A DNA stretch of 62,553 nucleotides, counting the filler, from Nemertoderma westbladi (lineage: Eukaryota; Animalia; Xenacoelomorpha), in assembly GCA_032718475.1 (NCBI GenBank). It is 4 parts of 4 records of this genome, joined end to end, with 100 filler letters (N's around TTAATTAATTAA, not from the genome) between each part and the next. Parts side by side here need not be neighbours in the genome. Positions count along the whole stretch, not along the records: positions 18,840 to 50,207 come from JAUCBJ010000628.1; 3 more parts are not named here. One strand, 5' to 3'. This document shows positions 25,670 through 37,416 of this stretch, piece by piece (the first letter of the stretch is position 1; each line of letters opens with the position of its first letter). The notes under the pieces are model-generated. The model was given only the letters and a program-made list of their open reading frames with translations. It did no database searches and had not been told where the DNA came from. Both the position numbers and the translations under genes were made by a program.

Positions 25670-27890
25670 TATGTCCTCTAAGTATATAAACTCACTATAT
25701 ATCCTCTAAATAAATAAAGTCACTGTATATCCTCTAAGTAAATAAACTCACTGTATATCCTCTAAGTAAATAAACTCACTGTATATCCTCTAAGTAAATA
25801 AACTCACTGTATATCCTCTAAGTAAATAAACTCACTGTATATCCTCTAAGTAAATAAACTCACTGTATATCCTCTAAGTAAATAAACTCACTGTATATCC
25901 TCTAAGTAAATAAACTCACTGTATATCCTCTAAGTAAATAAACTCACTGTATATCCTCTAAGTAAATAAACTCACTGTATATCCTCTAAGTAAATAAACT
26001 CACTGTATATCCTCTAAGTAAATAAACTCACTGTATATCCTCTAAGTAAATAAACTCACTGTATATCCTCTAAGTAAATAAACTCGCTGTATATCCTCTA
26101 AGTAAATAAACTCACTGTATATCCTCTAAGTAAATAAACTCACTGTATATCCTCTAAGTAAATAAACTCACTGTATATCCTCTAAGTAAATAAACTCACT
26201 GTATATCCTCTAAGTAAATAAACTCACTGTATATCCTCTAAGTAAATAAACTCACTGTATATCATCTAAGTAAATAAACTTACTTTATATCCTCTAAGTA
26301 AATAAACTCACTGTATATCCTCTAAGTATATAAACTTACTTTATATCCTCTAAGTAAATAAACTCACTGTATATCCTCTAAGTAAATAAACTCACTGTAT
26401 ATCCTCTAAGTAAATAAACTCACTGTATATCCTCTAAGTAAATAAACTCGCTGTATATCCTCTAAGTAAATAAAGTCACTGTATATCATCTAAGTAAATA
26501 AACTCACTGTATATCCTCTAAGTAAACAAACTCACTTTATATCCTCTAAGTAAATAAACTCACTGTATATCCTCTAAGTAAATAAACTCACTGTATATCC
26601 TCTAAGTAAATAAACTCACTGTATATCCTCTAAGTAAATAAACTCACTGTATATCCTCTAAGTAAATAAACTCACTGTATATCCTCTAAGTAAATAAACT
26701 CACTGTATATCCTCTAAGTAAATAAACTCACTGTATATCCTCTAAGTAAATAAACTCACTGTATATCCTCTAAGTAAATAAACTCACTGTATATCCTCTA
26801 AGTAAATAAACTCACTGTATATCCTCTAAGTAAATAAACTCACTGTATATCCTCTAAGTAAATAAACTCACTGTATATCCTCTAAGTAAATAAACTCACT
26901 GTATATCCTCTAAGTAAATAAACTCACTGTATATCCTCTAAGTAAATAAACTCACTGTATATCCTCTAAGTAAATAAACTCACTGTATATCCTCTAAGTA
27001 AATAAACTCACTGCATATCCTCTAAGTAAATAAACTCGCTGTATATCCTCTAAGTAAATAAACTCACTGTATATCCTCTAAGTAAATAAACTCACTGTAT
27101 ATCCTCTAAGTAAACAAACTCACTTTATATCCTCTAAGTAAATAAACTCACTGTATATCCTCTAAGTAAATAAACTCACTGTATATCCTCTAAGTAAATA
27201 AACTCACTGTATATCCTCTAAGTAAATAAACTCACTGTATATCCTCTAAGTAAATAAACTCACTGTATATCCTCTAAGTAAATAAAGTCACTGTATATCC
27301 TCTAAGTAAATAAACTCACTGTATATCCTCTAAGTAAATAAACTCACTGTATATCCTCTAAGTAAATAAAGTCACTGTATATCCTCTAAGTAAATAAACT
27401 CACTGTATATCCTCTAAGTAAATAAAGTCACTGTATATCCTCTAAGTAAATAAAGTCACTGTATATCCTCTAAGTAAATAAACTCACTGTATATCCTCTA
27501 AGTAAATAAACTCACTGTATATCCTCTAAGTAAATAAAGTCACTGTATATCCTCTAAGTAAATAAAGTCACTGTATATCCTCTAAGTAAATAAACTCACT
27601 GTATATCCTCTAAGTAAATAAACTCACTGTATATCCTCTAAGTAAATAAACTCACTGTATATCCTCTAAGTAAATAAAGTCACTGTATATCCTCTAAGTA
27701 AATAAACTCACTGTATATCCTCTAAGTAAATAAACTCACTGTATATCCTCTAAGTAAATAAACTCACTGTATATCCTCTAAGTAAATAAACTCACTGTAT
27801 ATCCTCTAAGTAAATAAACTCACTGTATATCCTCTAAGTAAATAAAGTCACTGTATATCCTCTAAGTAAATAAACTCACTGTATATCCTC
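25670..27890 (-). repeat. Splice-donor tandem array H (28-bp unit, ~79 copies)
   Basis: Minus-strand unit = GAGGATATACA|GTGAGTTTATTTACTTA. Confidence 0.97.
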
Positions 27891-28078
27891 GTTCTGTAAG
27901 GTTGTTTTCTTCAGGACATTCCGCGCGTCCGTGTTCGACATATTCTTTAGAGACTCCCCATTTATTGCGACAACGTAGTCAGCGACTTGTAGACGTCCGT
28001 CTATGTGGAGCGCGCTGCCCTTCAGTATTGTTCGGACACAGTGACCGTTACCTCGGTCGTCCCGGACTAATGTTAGAC
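27880..28078 (-). CDS. MPDZ: MPDZ/PATJ-like exon H (body of PDZ6)
   Basis: CCCTGCAG| acceptor and ACA|GTGAGT donor; GLTLVRDDRGNGHCVRTILKGSALHIDGRLQVADYVVAINGESLKNMSNTDARNVLKK. Confidence 0.9.
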
Positions 28079-28646
28079 CTGCAGGGAGAGAGTAGGTTTC
28101 GAGTGGATAGGGGGAGAGATGGTCTAGTTTTTAAGTAGTTAATAAATAAAATTGTTAATAAATAATAAAAAGCCCATTTTCAATAAATTTTATACATTTT
28201 AAACAATACATTTTAATATAATGTACTTTAATATTATTTTCATTATTATTATAATTAATTGATAATAAGTTGGCTTCAATACAGGAATTGAGTACCAAAT
28301 TAATAAATTAATAATTTTTAGTTTCATGCAACAGACAAAAAAACAATAAAATAACAAACACCAAACATGCGTCGTTTATTATCCAGAGTTGTTTTCAATA
28401 AATTATGGGCTTATTTCTACTGTAAATGTAAATTAACTGTAAATGTATTTATTGTAAAACTTCAACCAGTCTTTCTACTGAGAATCATTTGGACTTGTTA
28501 AGACTTATCATGAAAATGAGACGTGCATGACTGCAACTATTTTTACATTCGTATCTTAGTAACAGCTTACCGAATAGACACCCTATAAAACGAAAAAATA
28601 GATACCATTTAGTATTTTTCGCTGCTGAATGGAGACATAATGTTAA

Positions 28647-29651
28647 GGGGGGGGTACACCCCCCCTCAGGTCAAAATTTTCGTTTTTTGTTTTTTTATTT
28701 TATCTAGAGTAGAATTTAATGCGGATTTCAAATCTGGAAACGGCTTAGCGAGATCTCTTTTACTTCTTCTGTGTAAAGGCTTATTATAAAATTATGCGGA
28801 AATTTTTATATAATTTTGAATGTTTCTTAAGGTTGTCTCATTATTCCATGACTATTTATTACTAAATGACAAAATAGTATGCGATCAAATTAATACGCCA
28901 AAATGAAATTTGTTCACGTGCTGCGCGAAGTGATTTTTGGCAAGCACTCTAAATTATTTTAACAGGTTGTTAAAAGTGGGTAGGGGTTTTTTTGAACCAA
29001 ATTTCATGAAATCCATTGAAAAATCACAAAATATGGATAGGGGATAAACAATGGGAAAAGAAAAGGAGATACCAGTACTGAAAATAGCGGGAACATTTGA
29101 AATATATTGTTCTTAAACTTTAAATGCGTTTATCTCGGAATTGTATTTTTCACATTCAAAATACTACTACTCAGCCATTTCTTAACCAATTTTCGAAATT
29201 TTTTTTTTGTTTGATTTCTTTTCGGGTTGTGATCAAAAGTTATCGGTTAGAATTTTGAATTGTGCCATATTAATTTCTTGAAATTAGTTAATATCTAATA
29301 AGTAATAATTAATATTAGTTAATAATATTTAAAAAATATTTAAGACCTAAATAAAAAATGTAACCGATAAGTTTTGTGGAGTCGAGGATGCTGATTCAGA
29401 AAAACCAAGTTTCGAAAATTTTCGCCCAAAATTGTGAGACTAGTAGTGTTTTTAGGGAAATTAACAATTTCGCTGGTGGCCGCTAGAGGGCGACGAAAAT
29501 TTGAAAAAATTTTTTTGAACCCAATCTTTGGCCATATGTTAATCCCACGAAAGGTATAAAATATACAAAACTACACACAAGCAGAAATTATAGCCATTTA
29601 CAAAAAAGGTCCATAGGGGGGTGTACCCCCCCCCCCCCCCCCCCCCCCCCC
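28647..29651. mobile_element. Non-autonomous DNA transposon with TTAA TSD (Kolobok-like)
   Basis: TTAA|GGGGGGGGTACACCCCCC ... GGGGGGTGTACCCCCCCC|TTAA terminal inverted repeats; GG terminus fits Kolobok better than piggyBac. Confidence 0.75.
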
Positions 29652-29814
29652 TTAAATTAACCATGAATCACTCCCTCTAATCGCACACGGCCATCATTAA
29701 GGTCATTAAAAACAAACAACACAAAATGACCCGGCTCTGGGACTAAAAACTACGCCTGACTCAACACTAAAACATGGCCCCTTCCACCTGGCGTAAATAT
29801 AACTTGCATTCACA

Positions 29815-30000
29815 TCTCACGGAGGTCGCGCGTTCGATCCCCGCATGGGTCCAGGGGAGTTTACCTATCTGCATTCTTTAAATGGACTATAGACAGGGCG
29901 TATCTCTGCCTTGCACTCTTAAATGGTAGCTAAATGAGTACCGGAGTTTCCTATGGGGAGTATAGTTCTGCGGGGACCGCACTGGAAATAAGTCGTTAGA
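29815..30000 (+). mobile_element. tRNA-derived SINE fragment
   Basis: B-box-like GTTCGATCCC followed by TAAATGAGTACC, a motif typical of the Deu/Nin SINE core. Confidence 0.55.
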
Positions 30001-30271
30001 ATTTGTGCACAATCACTAGCCTAACAGGAGAAGAAACCTTTGCCTCAAACTAACCCGAACTACAACACACCAAAGGGAACTGCACAAATACTATGGCAAT
30101 TATTCTAGGAGAGAGAAAAATACATGAAATACGGATTGAAACAGGAACCTCTGAAAATAACTATTTATTTTACAAAGCAAGTTACATTTTTTTGTCCGAC
30201 TTTATAAGCTTCCGCATTTTCTTCCGAATATTATTCTAATTGTTGATCTGCGTGCCAAATTGATAGATCAA

Positions 30272-30996
30272 TAGATCAGGTTCACACAGATCTATAGATC
30301 AGGTTCACACGGATCTATAGATCAGGTACACACTGATCTATAGATCAGGTTCAAACAGATCTATAGATCAGGTTCACACAGATCTATAGATCAGGTTCAC
30401 ACATATCTATAGATCAGGTTCACACAGATCTATAGATCAGGTTCAAACAGATCTATAGATCAGGTTCACACAGATCTATAGATCAGGTTTACACAGATCT
30501 ATAGATCAAGTTCACACAGATCTATAAATCAGGTTCACACAGATCTATATATCAGGTTCACACAGATCTATAGATCAGGTTCAAACATATCTATAGATCA
30601 GGTTCACACAGATCTATAGATCAGATTCACACAGATCTATAGATCAGGTTCAAACAGATCTATAGATCAGGTTCACACAGATCTATAGATCAGGTTCACA
30701 CTGATCAATATATCAGGTTCACACAGATCTATAGATCAGGTTCACACAGATCTATAGATCAGGTTCAAACAGATCTATAGATCAGGTTCACACAGATCTA
30801 TAGATCAGGTTCACACTGATCAATATATCAGGTTCACACAGATCTATAGATCAGGTTCACACAGATCTATAGATCAGGTTCACACAGATCTATAGATCAG
30901 GTCCAAACAGATCTATAGATCAGGTTCACACAAATCTATAGATCAGGTTCAAACAGATCTATAGATCAGGTTCAAAGATCTATAGATCAGGTTCAC
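30272..30996. repeat. 23-bp tandem array (~31 units) containing the palindrome GATCTATAGATC
   Basis: Unit ATAGATCAGGTTCACACAGATCT; lies ~90 nt into the intron after exon G. Confidence 0.95.
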
Positions 30997-31088
30997 TATG
31001 AACTCAAACTTTCAAAAGTTTATTTTAAGTTACTACTATCAAAAGAAAAGTTAAAAAACAGACAAAACAATCCGAAGTTATGACTTAC

Positions 31089-31166
31089 CTAGAGATTCGT
31101 GGCCTTTCTTTAGAACAATAGTTCTCTCTAAATTCTCCGGTAAACCGCCAGAATCAGGTGGCGAAT
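31089..31166 (-). CDS. MPDZ: MPDZ/PATJ-like exon G (start of PDZ6)
   Basis: TTTTGCAG| acceptor and TAG|GTAAGT donor; SPPDSGGLPENLERTIVLKKGHESLG continues in frame into exon H. Confidence 0.85.
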
Positions 31167-31350
31167 CTGCAAAACAAATTAAATATAAATATTTTATCAG
31201 GAATCTTCTTCAGACTTAAGGTTTTAGAAAATAAAAGAGTTGAATAGATACTGAGTGTTCAACCTGTTACTTCCCTCCTTATATATGTGTGTAATATTAT
31301 GGGTTTGTTCAGAAGTGGAAAAAATGAGAAAGCGCGTCATCGGGGGTTGA

Positions 31351-31403
31351 ACCAGCGCTATACGTACGTTTCGGCCTAATAGGCCTCATCAGTAGCGCTA
31401 ACC
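31351..31403 (-). ncRNA. Minimal type I hammerhead ribozyme (Penelope-like element type)
   Basis: Minus strand: TAGCGCTA-CTGATGA-GGCCT(ATT)AGGCC-GAAAC-GTAC-GTA^-TAGCGCTG; complete core, stems I and II pair, palindromic short stem III. Confidence 0.85.
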
Positions 31404-32076
31404 AGCTCAGCCACTAGACTAGCCCCCGACACTCACAGTCCCACCTAATCCACTTCTATTGAACGGGCAGTCTTAAATAGGCAACAGGCGATGGGAGCTG
31501 TCGAATTCACCGATAACACTTATACATACGATACACTTAAAGAATACAACCGGCAATTGTTGCTATAGTAACTTGAATTGACTGGAACACCAACGGAATA
31601 ATATATAGAAATAATTTAACTGAAATAATAATAATATCGGCAATATCGCTAAATATTTATAATATAAAAAAGGAAACACAAAGTAAAATTAGCAATCTTG
31701 TTATCTGTGAACTTTGAATAATTCCCTCTTCTACACAAAGGTAATGGCGTTATTTCATTGGTTGCTATGGAACAAGTATTTCCCTAAACATTCCCTATAG
31801 AATCGATCTATCTGCTCCTATCACTTCCCCGTTAGTTGCGGTAGGCCTAAATACCATTTGGCAAGATAAAATTATGTCATTTCATTATTATTGCAGTGTT
31901 GATATGTAAAAATTTGCATACAGCATTTTATTTTGTAAATACGTATAATATTCGATATCAAATTTACGATAAAAATTCAGCCAATTAATTAATTAATTTA
32001 ATTAATTTCAATGTTTTAATTTTTCTATCGAAAATTATCACCGAATCAGGAGATTTAGTATAATTCGAGGGTTGCT

Positions 32077-32931
32077 ATGGAATTGAAACCCACGTCACTG
32101 AACTACGCAATAGAACAGGTCCTCAGATCGGTGACGTCATCGCATCGCGTCGCTAAGGAGATCTCAGAATCCATGGGAGTAACCCCGGATGACGCCAAGG
32201 CCCTACTAGCCGACCACCCATTGGACAGCCGACTGTGGAAGGGAGAGCAGCCCCCTAGCGGCTACCCAGTACATCCGCTGTATCGGATTCTAGGCATCCG
32301 ATTGGTCCAATGGGCCCTAACTGGCCAATCCCCAGTCGAAACGATGAATAACTTCCATCTATTGGACGAGAAGGGCTACCAGAAAGATAGGCAGAACATG
32401 TTCACCGAGATCAAACCCTTTATAAAGAAGCTGCAATCTGATTGGTTCACCTACGACGAATCAACTCGCTTCAGTTTAATTAAACTGATACTTAAATCGT
32501 TGAAGCGACGAGGGATTCAGGATTTACTAGGAATGCGAAGGACTATCAGCAGTTTGGATGTATTCCCTCCCGCTAGGAGCGACTTACTGGCATCCTTTAC
32601 GGCGGTAAACTCGCCAGACAACCCGCACTCGCGGCTGACAGTGGGGGCCCGCGCGTTATCCAAACATTGCCACCGAGACGTGAGTTCCGCCTGGTGGGGC
32701 GAGTGTTCCGGCGCCGAGGAACGCCGGAACGCGCACGCGTTGGGCGTTGTGGAACGGATTCTGGATGACGCCGCGTGGTTGAACGCCCACGCCATGGTGC
32801 ACGATACCCAGGTGGTGGAGGTGCGGACGGGCGATGGGTACGGGGCGAGGTGGGGCGCGGACGGGAGGGCGTTCAGGGGGTTCCTGGAGCCCCAGATGGA
32901 GGACGGGCACGATGTGGGGTGGAGACACTAG
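32077..32931 (+). CDS. Intronless 284-aa conserved protein nested antisense in an MPDZ intron; resembles the C-terminal domain of plant 'RNA-binding ASCH domain' family proteins
   Basis: Clean ATG-to-TAG ORF; motifs LTVGARALSKH, WWG, WLNAH, EVR..DGYGARW, FRGFLEP.MEDGH..GWRH (family recalled from memory). Confidence 0.8.
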   Translation: MELKPTSLNYAIEQVLRSVTSSHRVAKEISESMGVTPDDAKALLADHPLDSRLWKGEQPPSGYPVHPLYRILGIRLVQWALTGQSPVETMNNFHLLDEKGYQKDRQNMFTEIKPFIKKLQSDWFTYDESTRFSLIKLILKSLKRRGIQDLLGMRRTISSLDVFPPARSDLLASFTAVNSPDNPHSRLTVGARALSKHCHRDVSSAWWGECSGAEERRNAHALGVVERILDDAAWLNAHAMVHDTQVVEVRTGDGYGARWGADGRAFRGFLEPQMEDGHDVGWRH

Positions 32932-33018
32932 GGGGCGCTGTAAGGGCACGATGTGGGGTGGAGACACTAGGGGGCGCTGGTAAGGGCACAATGTGGGGTG
33001 TAGACACTAGGGCGCGCT
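32905..33018 (+). repeat. 3x 39-40-bp tandem duplication spanning the stop codon of the nested ORF
   Basis: GGGCACGATGTGGGGTGGAGACACTAGGGGGCGCTG(G)TAA starting at 32905, 32944 and 32984. Confidence 0.9.
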
Positions 33019-33234
33019 CGACATGGAGTATATACTAACTATATAGGTCATTGGTCATAAAATAGCGCTTTATAGCGTTACGATTTTGTTTCCCAAGCGA
33101 CAGCGAGGGAAATAATAAAACGAGGGCCGTAAAACCTTTGAAGTGCTAATTATTTGTGATTATGAACTAAACATTCTAGAACAACCCTGTAACAGGAAAG
33201 CATGACATGTTAATTATAAACCTTTTCATCTCGT

Positions 33235-33300
33235 GCCACATTAGCGTAGTGGATAACGCGTCGGGTTATGAATGTAAAGGCCACTGGTTCGATTCTAACC
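33235..33300 (+). pseudogene. tRNA-like relic or SINE head
   Basis: A-box TAGCGTAGTGG and B-box GGTTCGATTC at tRNA-like spacing; no complete cloverleaf. Confidence 0.5.
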
Positions 33301-33337
33301 TAATTAAATTTTGAAAGTTTTAGAATTGTGAAATAGT

Positions 33338-33870
33338 TACACCATGTCCTGGAATATAGTGTCGTTATTCAGGTACATGCCCCCCCCCCCCCCCAAAAAA
33401 AAAAAACTTTCTACAAATCTTAATGAGATTGCATGACATTTGAAACAGAGATAGTTTCACCTCCCTCCTCCTTACTGGGTGAGCCAGAATTTTTATTTTT
33501 GCTTTTATTCTTTAGATACAAGTGTTTAAAAAAAGTGTCTCCGTCGATATTGCACCAGTTACACCGCAGTTATCTTCTACCCTATAGCTGTTTGTTGGTA
33601 CCAATGGAAAGCTGGTCATGCAAGGATTCCAAATATGTAAAAACATTAGAATTTGGTTGGGAAATATCTGAGATATGGGTATTCGAATGTTGCATGTATT
33701 TACTTGCCCTGCAGGCCATTTATTCTATTTAATAAATACACAATGTTCTAGAACATTTTGTTTATCTCTTAAGTAGCTTGGCAACAATGCAATGCCTACA
33801 TGATAATACTAGTTTATAGATATTCATACATAATCAAAATGTTCTAGAACATTGTGTATTATTATTAATA
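33338..33870. mobile_element. Foldback MITE copy 1 (Tc1/mariner-like TA|CACC terminus), truncated
   Basis: Highly similar to 36782-37416; central ACACAATGTTCTAGAACATTTT inverted repeat. Confidence 0.7.
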
Positions 33871-34272
33871 GAATTACTACATTGGCATACTGTAAACTGT
33901 AAGATAAGTTTTAACATTTCTTACAAATTGTGGTGCGAGCATAAATCAAATCACGCAAATTTAAAAGAACCGGGTGTGTTGTCATAGCAAAGTTTCATTT
34001 GTTATTATGTGGGACGAGCCACAAAGTCAGCTAGCCTCACGCCTTATAGTTTAGACAATTGTTTAGTTTACTTACTGCTGACCGACAAGGTTTATTTCTA
34101 ATAGTCTTGTAAATAGGATTATTCCCCCAGGCTCCTTCCAGCCAGCTTGCTGGCTTTCTAGTGAAGTATCGGAAGAAAGAAAGAAATAATCTAATCAAAT
34201 CAAATCTGAATGTTTTCGAAGTATTAATGTTGGCGCACATAATTTTAAATGGAACAATTATATTATTATTAC

Positions 34273-34806
34273 CAGGGACGGGATACGATACGATACGAAA
34301 ACGGATTTTCGTGTTTCGTTTCTCAGTATTTTCTTCGTATCGAATTTCGTATCGTATCATAAAAATTGACTTCGTATCGTATAATACAAATAAATATTTT
34401 CTCGTATTTCGTATTTTTTTTCGATATTGGTACATCAAATTCACAATTATTCCATAACTATAATATTGGGCCGTGTTGCATAACGTCCTTATGGATATTG
34501 TAGCCAGTAGACACACTATTGCTATAGCAAGTATACTGGAATATTGAAATAAAAAATATTTGCCTAGGCCTATTACATTGAGATTTTTATGATTTTCTAA
34601 GTGTATTACAAAATACAATACATATTAATATATTTATCAATTCTTAGATAAAATACGATACGATAAAAACACGAAACATTTTTCGTATTTCGTATCGTAT
34701 CTTGGATTTTTCTTATCGTATCGTATTTTCTCAGATTTGCGTTCGTATCGTATCGTAAAATGTTGCTTTGTACCGTATCGTATTTTCGTACCGTATCCTG
34801 TCCTTG
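34273..34806. mobile_element. hAT-type MITE with 8-bp TSD
   Basis: TIR CAGGGACGGGATACG / CGTATCCTGTCCTTG flanked by identical ATTATTAC; many subterminal (GATAC)n motifs. Confidence 0.85.
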
Positions 34807-35590
34807 ATTATTACAGCATACATTAATAGTACTGTACTGTATATACCAATATATCGGTAAGCACTCGTTACTCTATAAGTTTGTTGCAACATAGAATTGC
34901 GCCGAGATTGCAGCCTCGGATAATAATTTACGATTATTAAATAACTCAGACACCTGCCACCCGATAACGTTTCCAACAGTTATACTGCACATTCAGTTAT
35001 ATAGTTCGTTCAACACACTTATACTGTAGACTCAATGTCTTTCGTACATACAGCAGAGTATCTCCCTACCTACAGTACCTTACATAGTGTACAGTTGGTC
35101 TGTCAAACACACTCCACGTGTCTTACTGTAGGCCTAGTATTTTTGCCGCAGAGCAGTATGTTCCTTTAGGCCTATATATACAATACCCACTCACTCTAGT
35201 CTGCTACTTTTTGAGGAAATCTTGTAGTTTTGTTAACAGGAAAGTCTTGCTGAATTTTCAAATACATAATATAATAATTTGTCATATTTCATATAATTAG
35301 GTACATTGAAATAAAGCGTGAAATAAATTGAAGGGAAATAGTTCATATACCTCGGAACCCTTGGTATACAATTTGCTGGTGTTCGATATTGTGTAATATT
35401 ACACAATTTATTGCTGTCAGTGGGACTAGAGTCTGAAATAATGTTCAAATTTTTTTTTCAAAATTTCGATTTTTTTAAATTTCTAATTTTTTTTTCAGAA
35501 TTTTGAATATTCGACTTCCCCAATCTTTTGTTTAAATAAATTATTTTGATTTCAAACTTGTGTGGTTACAAATAAATAAATTCTGTGAAA

Positions 35591-35770
35591 ATGTTGAAAT
35601 TATTGGTATTTGCAACATTTGTTGTAGTTGGATACAGTTTGAGGTGCAACCACTTAGACATGCCCGAAGAAATGATACGTTACATAGGATACGAAGACCA
35701 GCCAATAGAAGACATAGAGTTATATATTAGACATTTTATAGTTATAAAAGGAAATTGCCTAATTTGCGCG
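35591..35770 (+). CDS. Secreted Ly6/uPAR three-finger-like protein, exon 1
   Basis: Signal peptide MLKLLVFATFVVVGYS followed by LRC; ends ...GNCLICA|GTAAGC (phase 0). Confidence 0.75.
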
Positions 35771-36175
35771 GTAAGCGAGCACACAGTGTCTGTACTGTAA
35801 AGGAATAAATGGCATAGGTTAGGGTCACGACCTTCCAAATAACGGGCCTGGCAAAATTCTAAACAACAACCAGTTTCACCGATTTAGCTAACACCAGAAA
35901 TGTATTAACCTTCACACACACACAAGCACCCCAGTTAATATTATTAACAAGTAGAAACGCGTTTGACGAATTTCAATTGATTACCTCTGATTCTATGTCT
36001 CACTTTAGGTCTTAATAAATTATATTGTCATTTTCCGGGTTTGGCTCTTGAGACCTTGGGTTGTACGAAACCTACCAATCAGCTGACTATCGTCAAATTA
36101 TTACTGATATATACAATTATTATTATTATATAGCTACACTAACGGTAATGTAACAAATATTCTTATTTCATTCAG

Positions 36176-36337
36176 ACTTTAACCATGGAAGATAAAACAA
36201 TGCCGTTTTGCGCAACTGAGGACAATTTGCATCTACCAACATCTTTTGGTTCTGATTTCGAATCTATAGAACGTTTTGTTTGTGAAGGAAAAGACAACTG
36301 CAGCCTCCGTTTCTGCATTGAAGATCTTTGTAACTAA
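36176..36337 (+). CDS. Secreted Ly6/uPAR three-finger-like protein, exon 2
   Basis: TTTCATTCAG| acceptor; TLTMEDKTMPFCATEDN...FVCEGKDNCSLRFCIEDLCN*; AATAAA right after the stop; 113 aa and 8 Cys in total. Confidence 0.78.
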   Translation, partial: TLTMEDKTMPFCATEDNLHLPTSFGSDFESIERFVCEGKDNCSLRFCIEDLCN

Positions 36338-36781
36338 ATAAACTTTCCAATAAACTATGTTTGCATCAGTACTACTTGGTGTTGTTAGGTGATGGAAATA
36401 TATTTATAATAAAGTGTATCGTTGGGTTTTGTGTCTTGTGTAACTGTGTAGACATAAGAAAGCTAATCTTATATGTATAATCTGCATTGATAATAAATAA
36501 GCTAAAATTTCATCCGGAGCCGGAGTTCCGGCCGGAGCCGGAGTTCCGGCCGGAGCCGGAGCCGAGGTTTCGTGATTGTTAATTCAAGTGTATTATTATA
36601 GTAGACATAGACAGATATGCGATCATGAAACATGAGGGGGGGGGGGGGGGGGGGGGGGGGATTTGATGCAAATTCTTACTTGGCGACTTAATATTTCGCG
36701 CCTCAATGTTAAATTATCAACTATGGGAAATGAGCAGTTTACAGTCGCATGCTATTCTATTCTAATCAATATACAATAAAC

Positions 36782-36820
36782 TACACCGTGTCCTGGAATA
36801 TAGTGTCGTTATTCAGGTAC

Positions 36821-36855
<35 letters not shown>

Positions 36856-37416
36856 TTTTCTACAAATCTTAATGAGATTGCATGAAATTAGAAACATACA
36901 TAGTTTCACCTCCCGACCACAGACTGGGTGAGCCAGAATATTTATTTTCGCTTTAATTCTTTAGCTACAAGCGTTTGAAAAAAGTGTCTCCTTCGATATT
37001 GCACCAGTTACACCGCAATTATTCTTCAAACATTTAGTGATTTGTTGGTACCAATGGAAAGCTGACCATGCAAGGATTCCAAATATGTAAAAATATTGAA
37101 TTTGGTTGGGAAATAGCTGAGATATGGGCATTCGAATTTTGCATGTATTAGCTTGCGCTGCAGGCCATTTATTCAATTAATAAATACACAATGTTCTAGA
37201 ACATTTTGTTTATCTCATAAGTAGCTTGGCAACAATGCAATGCCTACATGATAATACTAGTATATGGATATTCATACATAATCAAAATGTTCTAGAACAT
37301 TGTGTATTAATTAAATAGAATAAATGGCCTGCAGCGCAAGTAAATACATGGAAAATTCAAATGCCGATAACTCAGCTATTTCCCAATCAAATTCAAATGT
37401 TTTTACATATTTGGAA
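36782..37416. mobile_element. Foldback MITE copy 2
   Basis: Same orientation and sequence as 33338-33870; long imperfect palindrome ~37076-37416. Confidence 0.7.

Noticed and set aside
33235-33300. Functional tRNA gene
   Set aside because: A and B boxes are present but the acceptor and anticodon stems do not pair properly.
34037-34976. ORFs of 81-193 aa
   Set aside because: They overlap the hAT MITE and have low-complexity composition with no recognisable domain.
35985-36071. Candidate missing MPDZ exon (AG...GAG|GTAATC)
   Set aside because: In-frame TAA in the required phase, and it lies in the intron of the nested gene.
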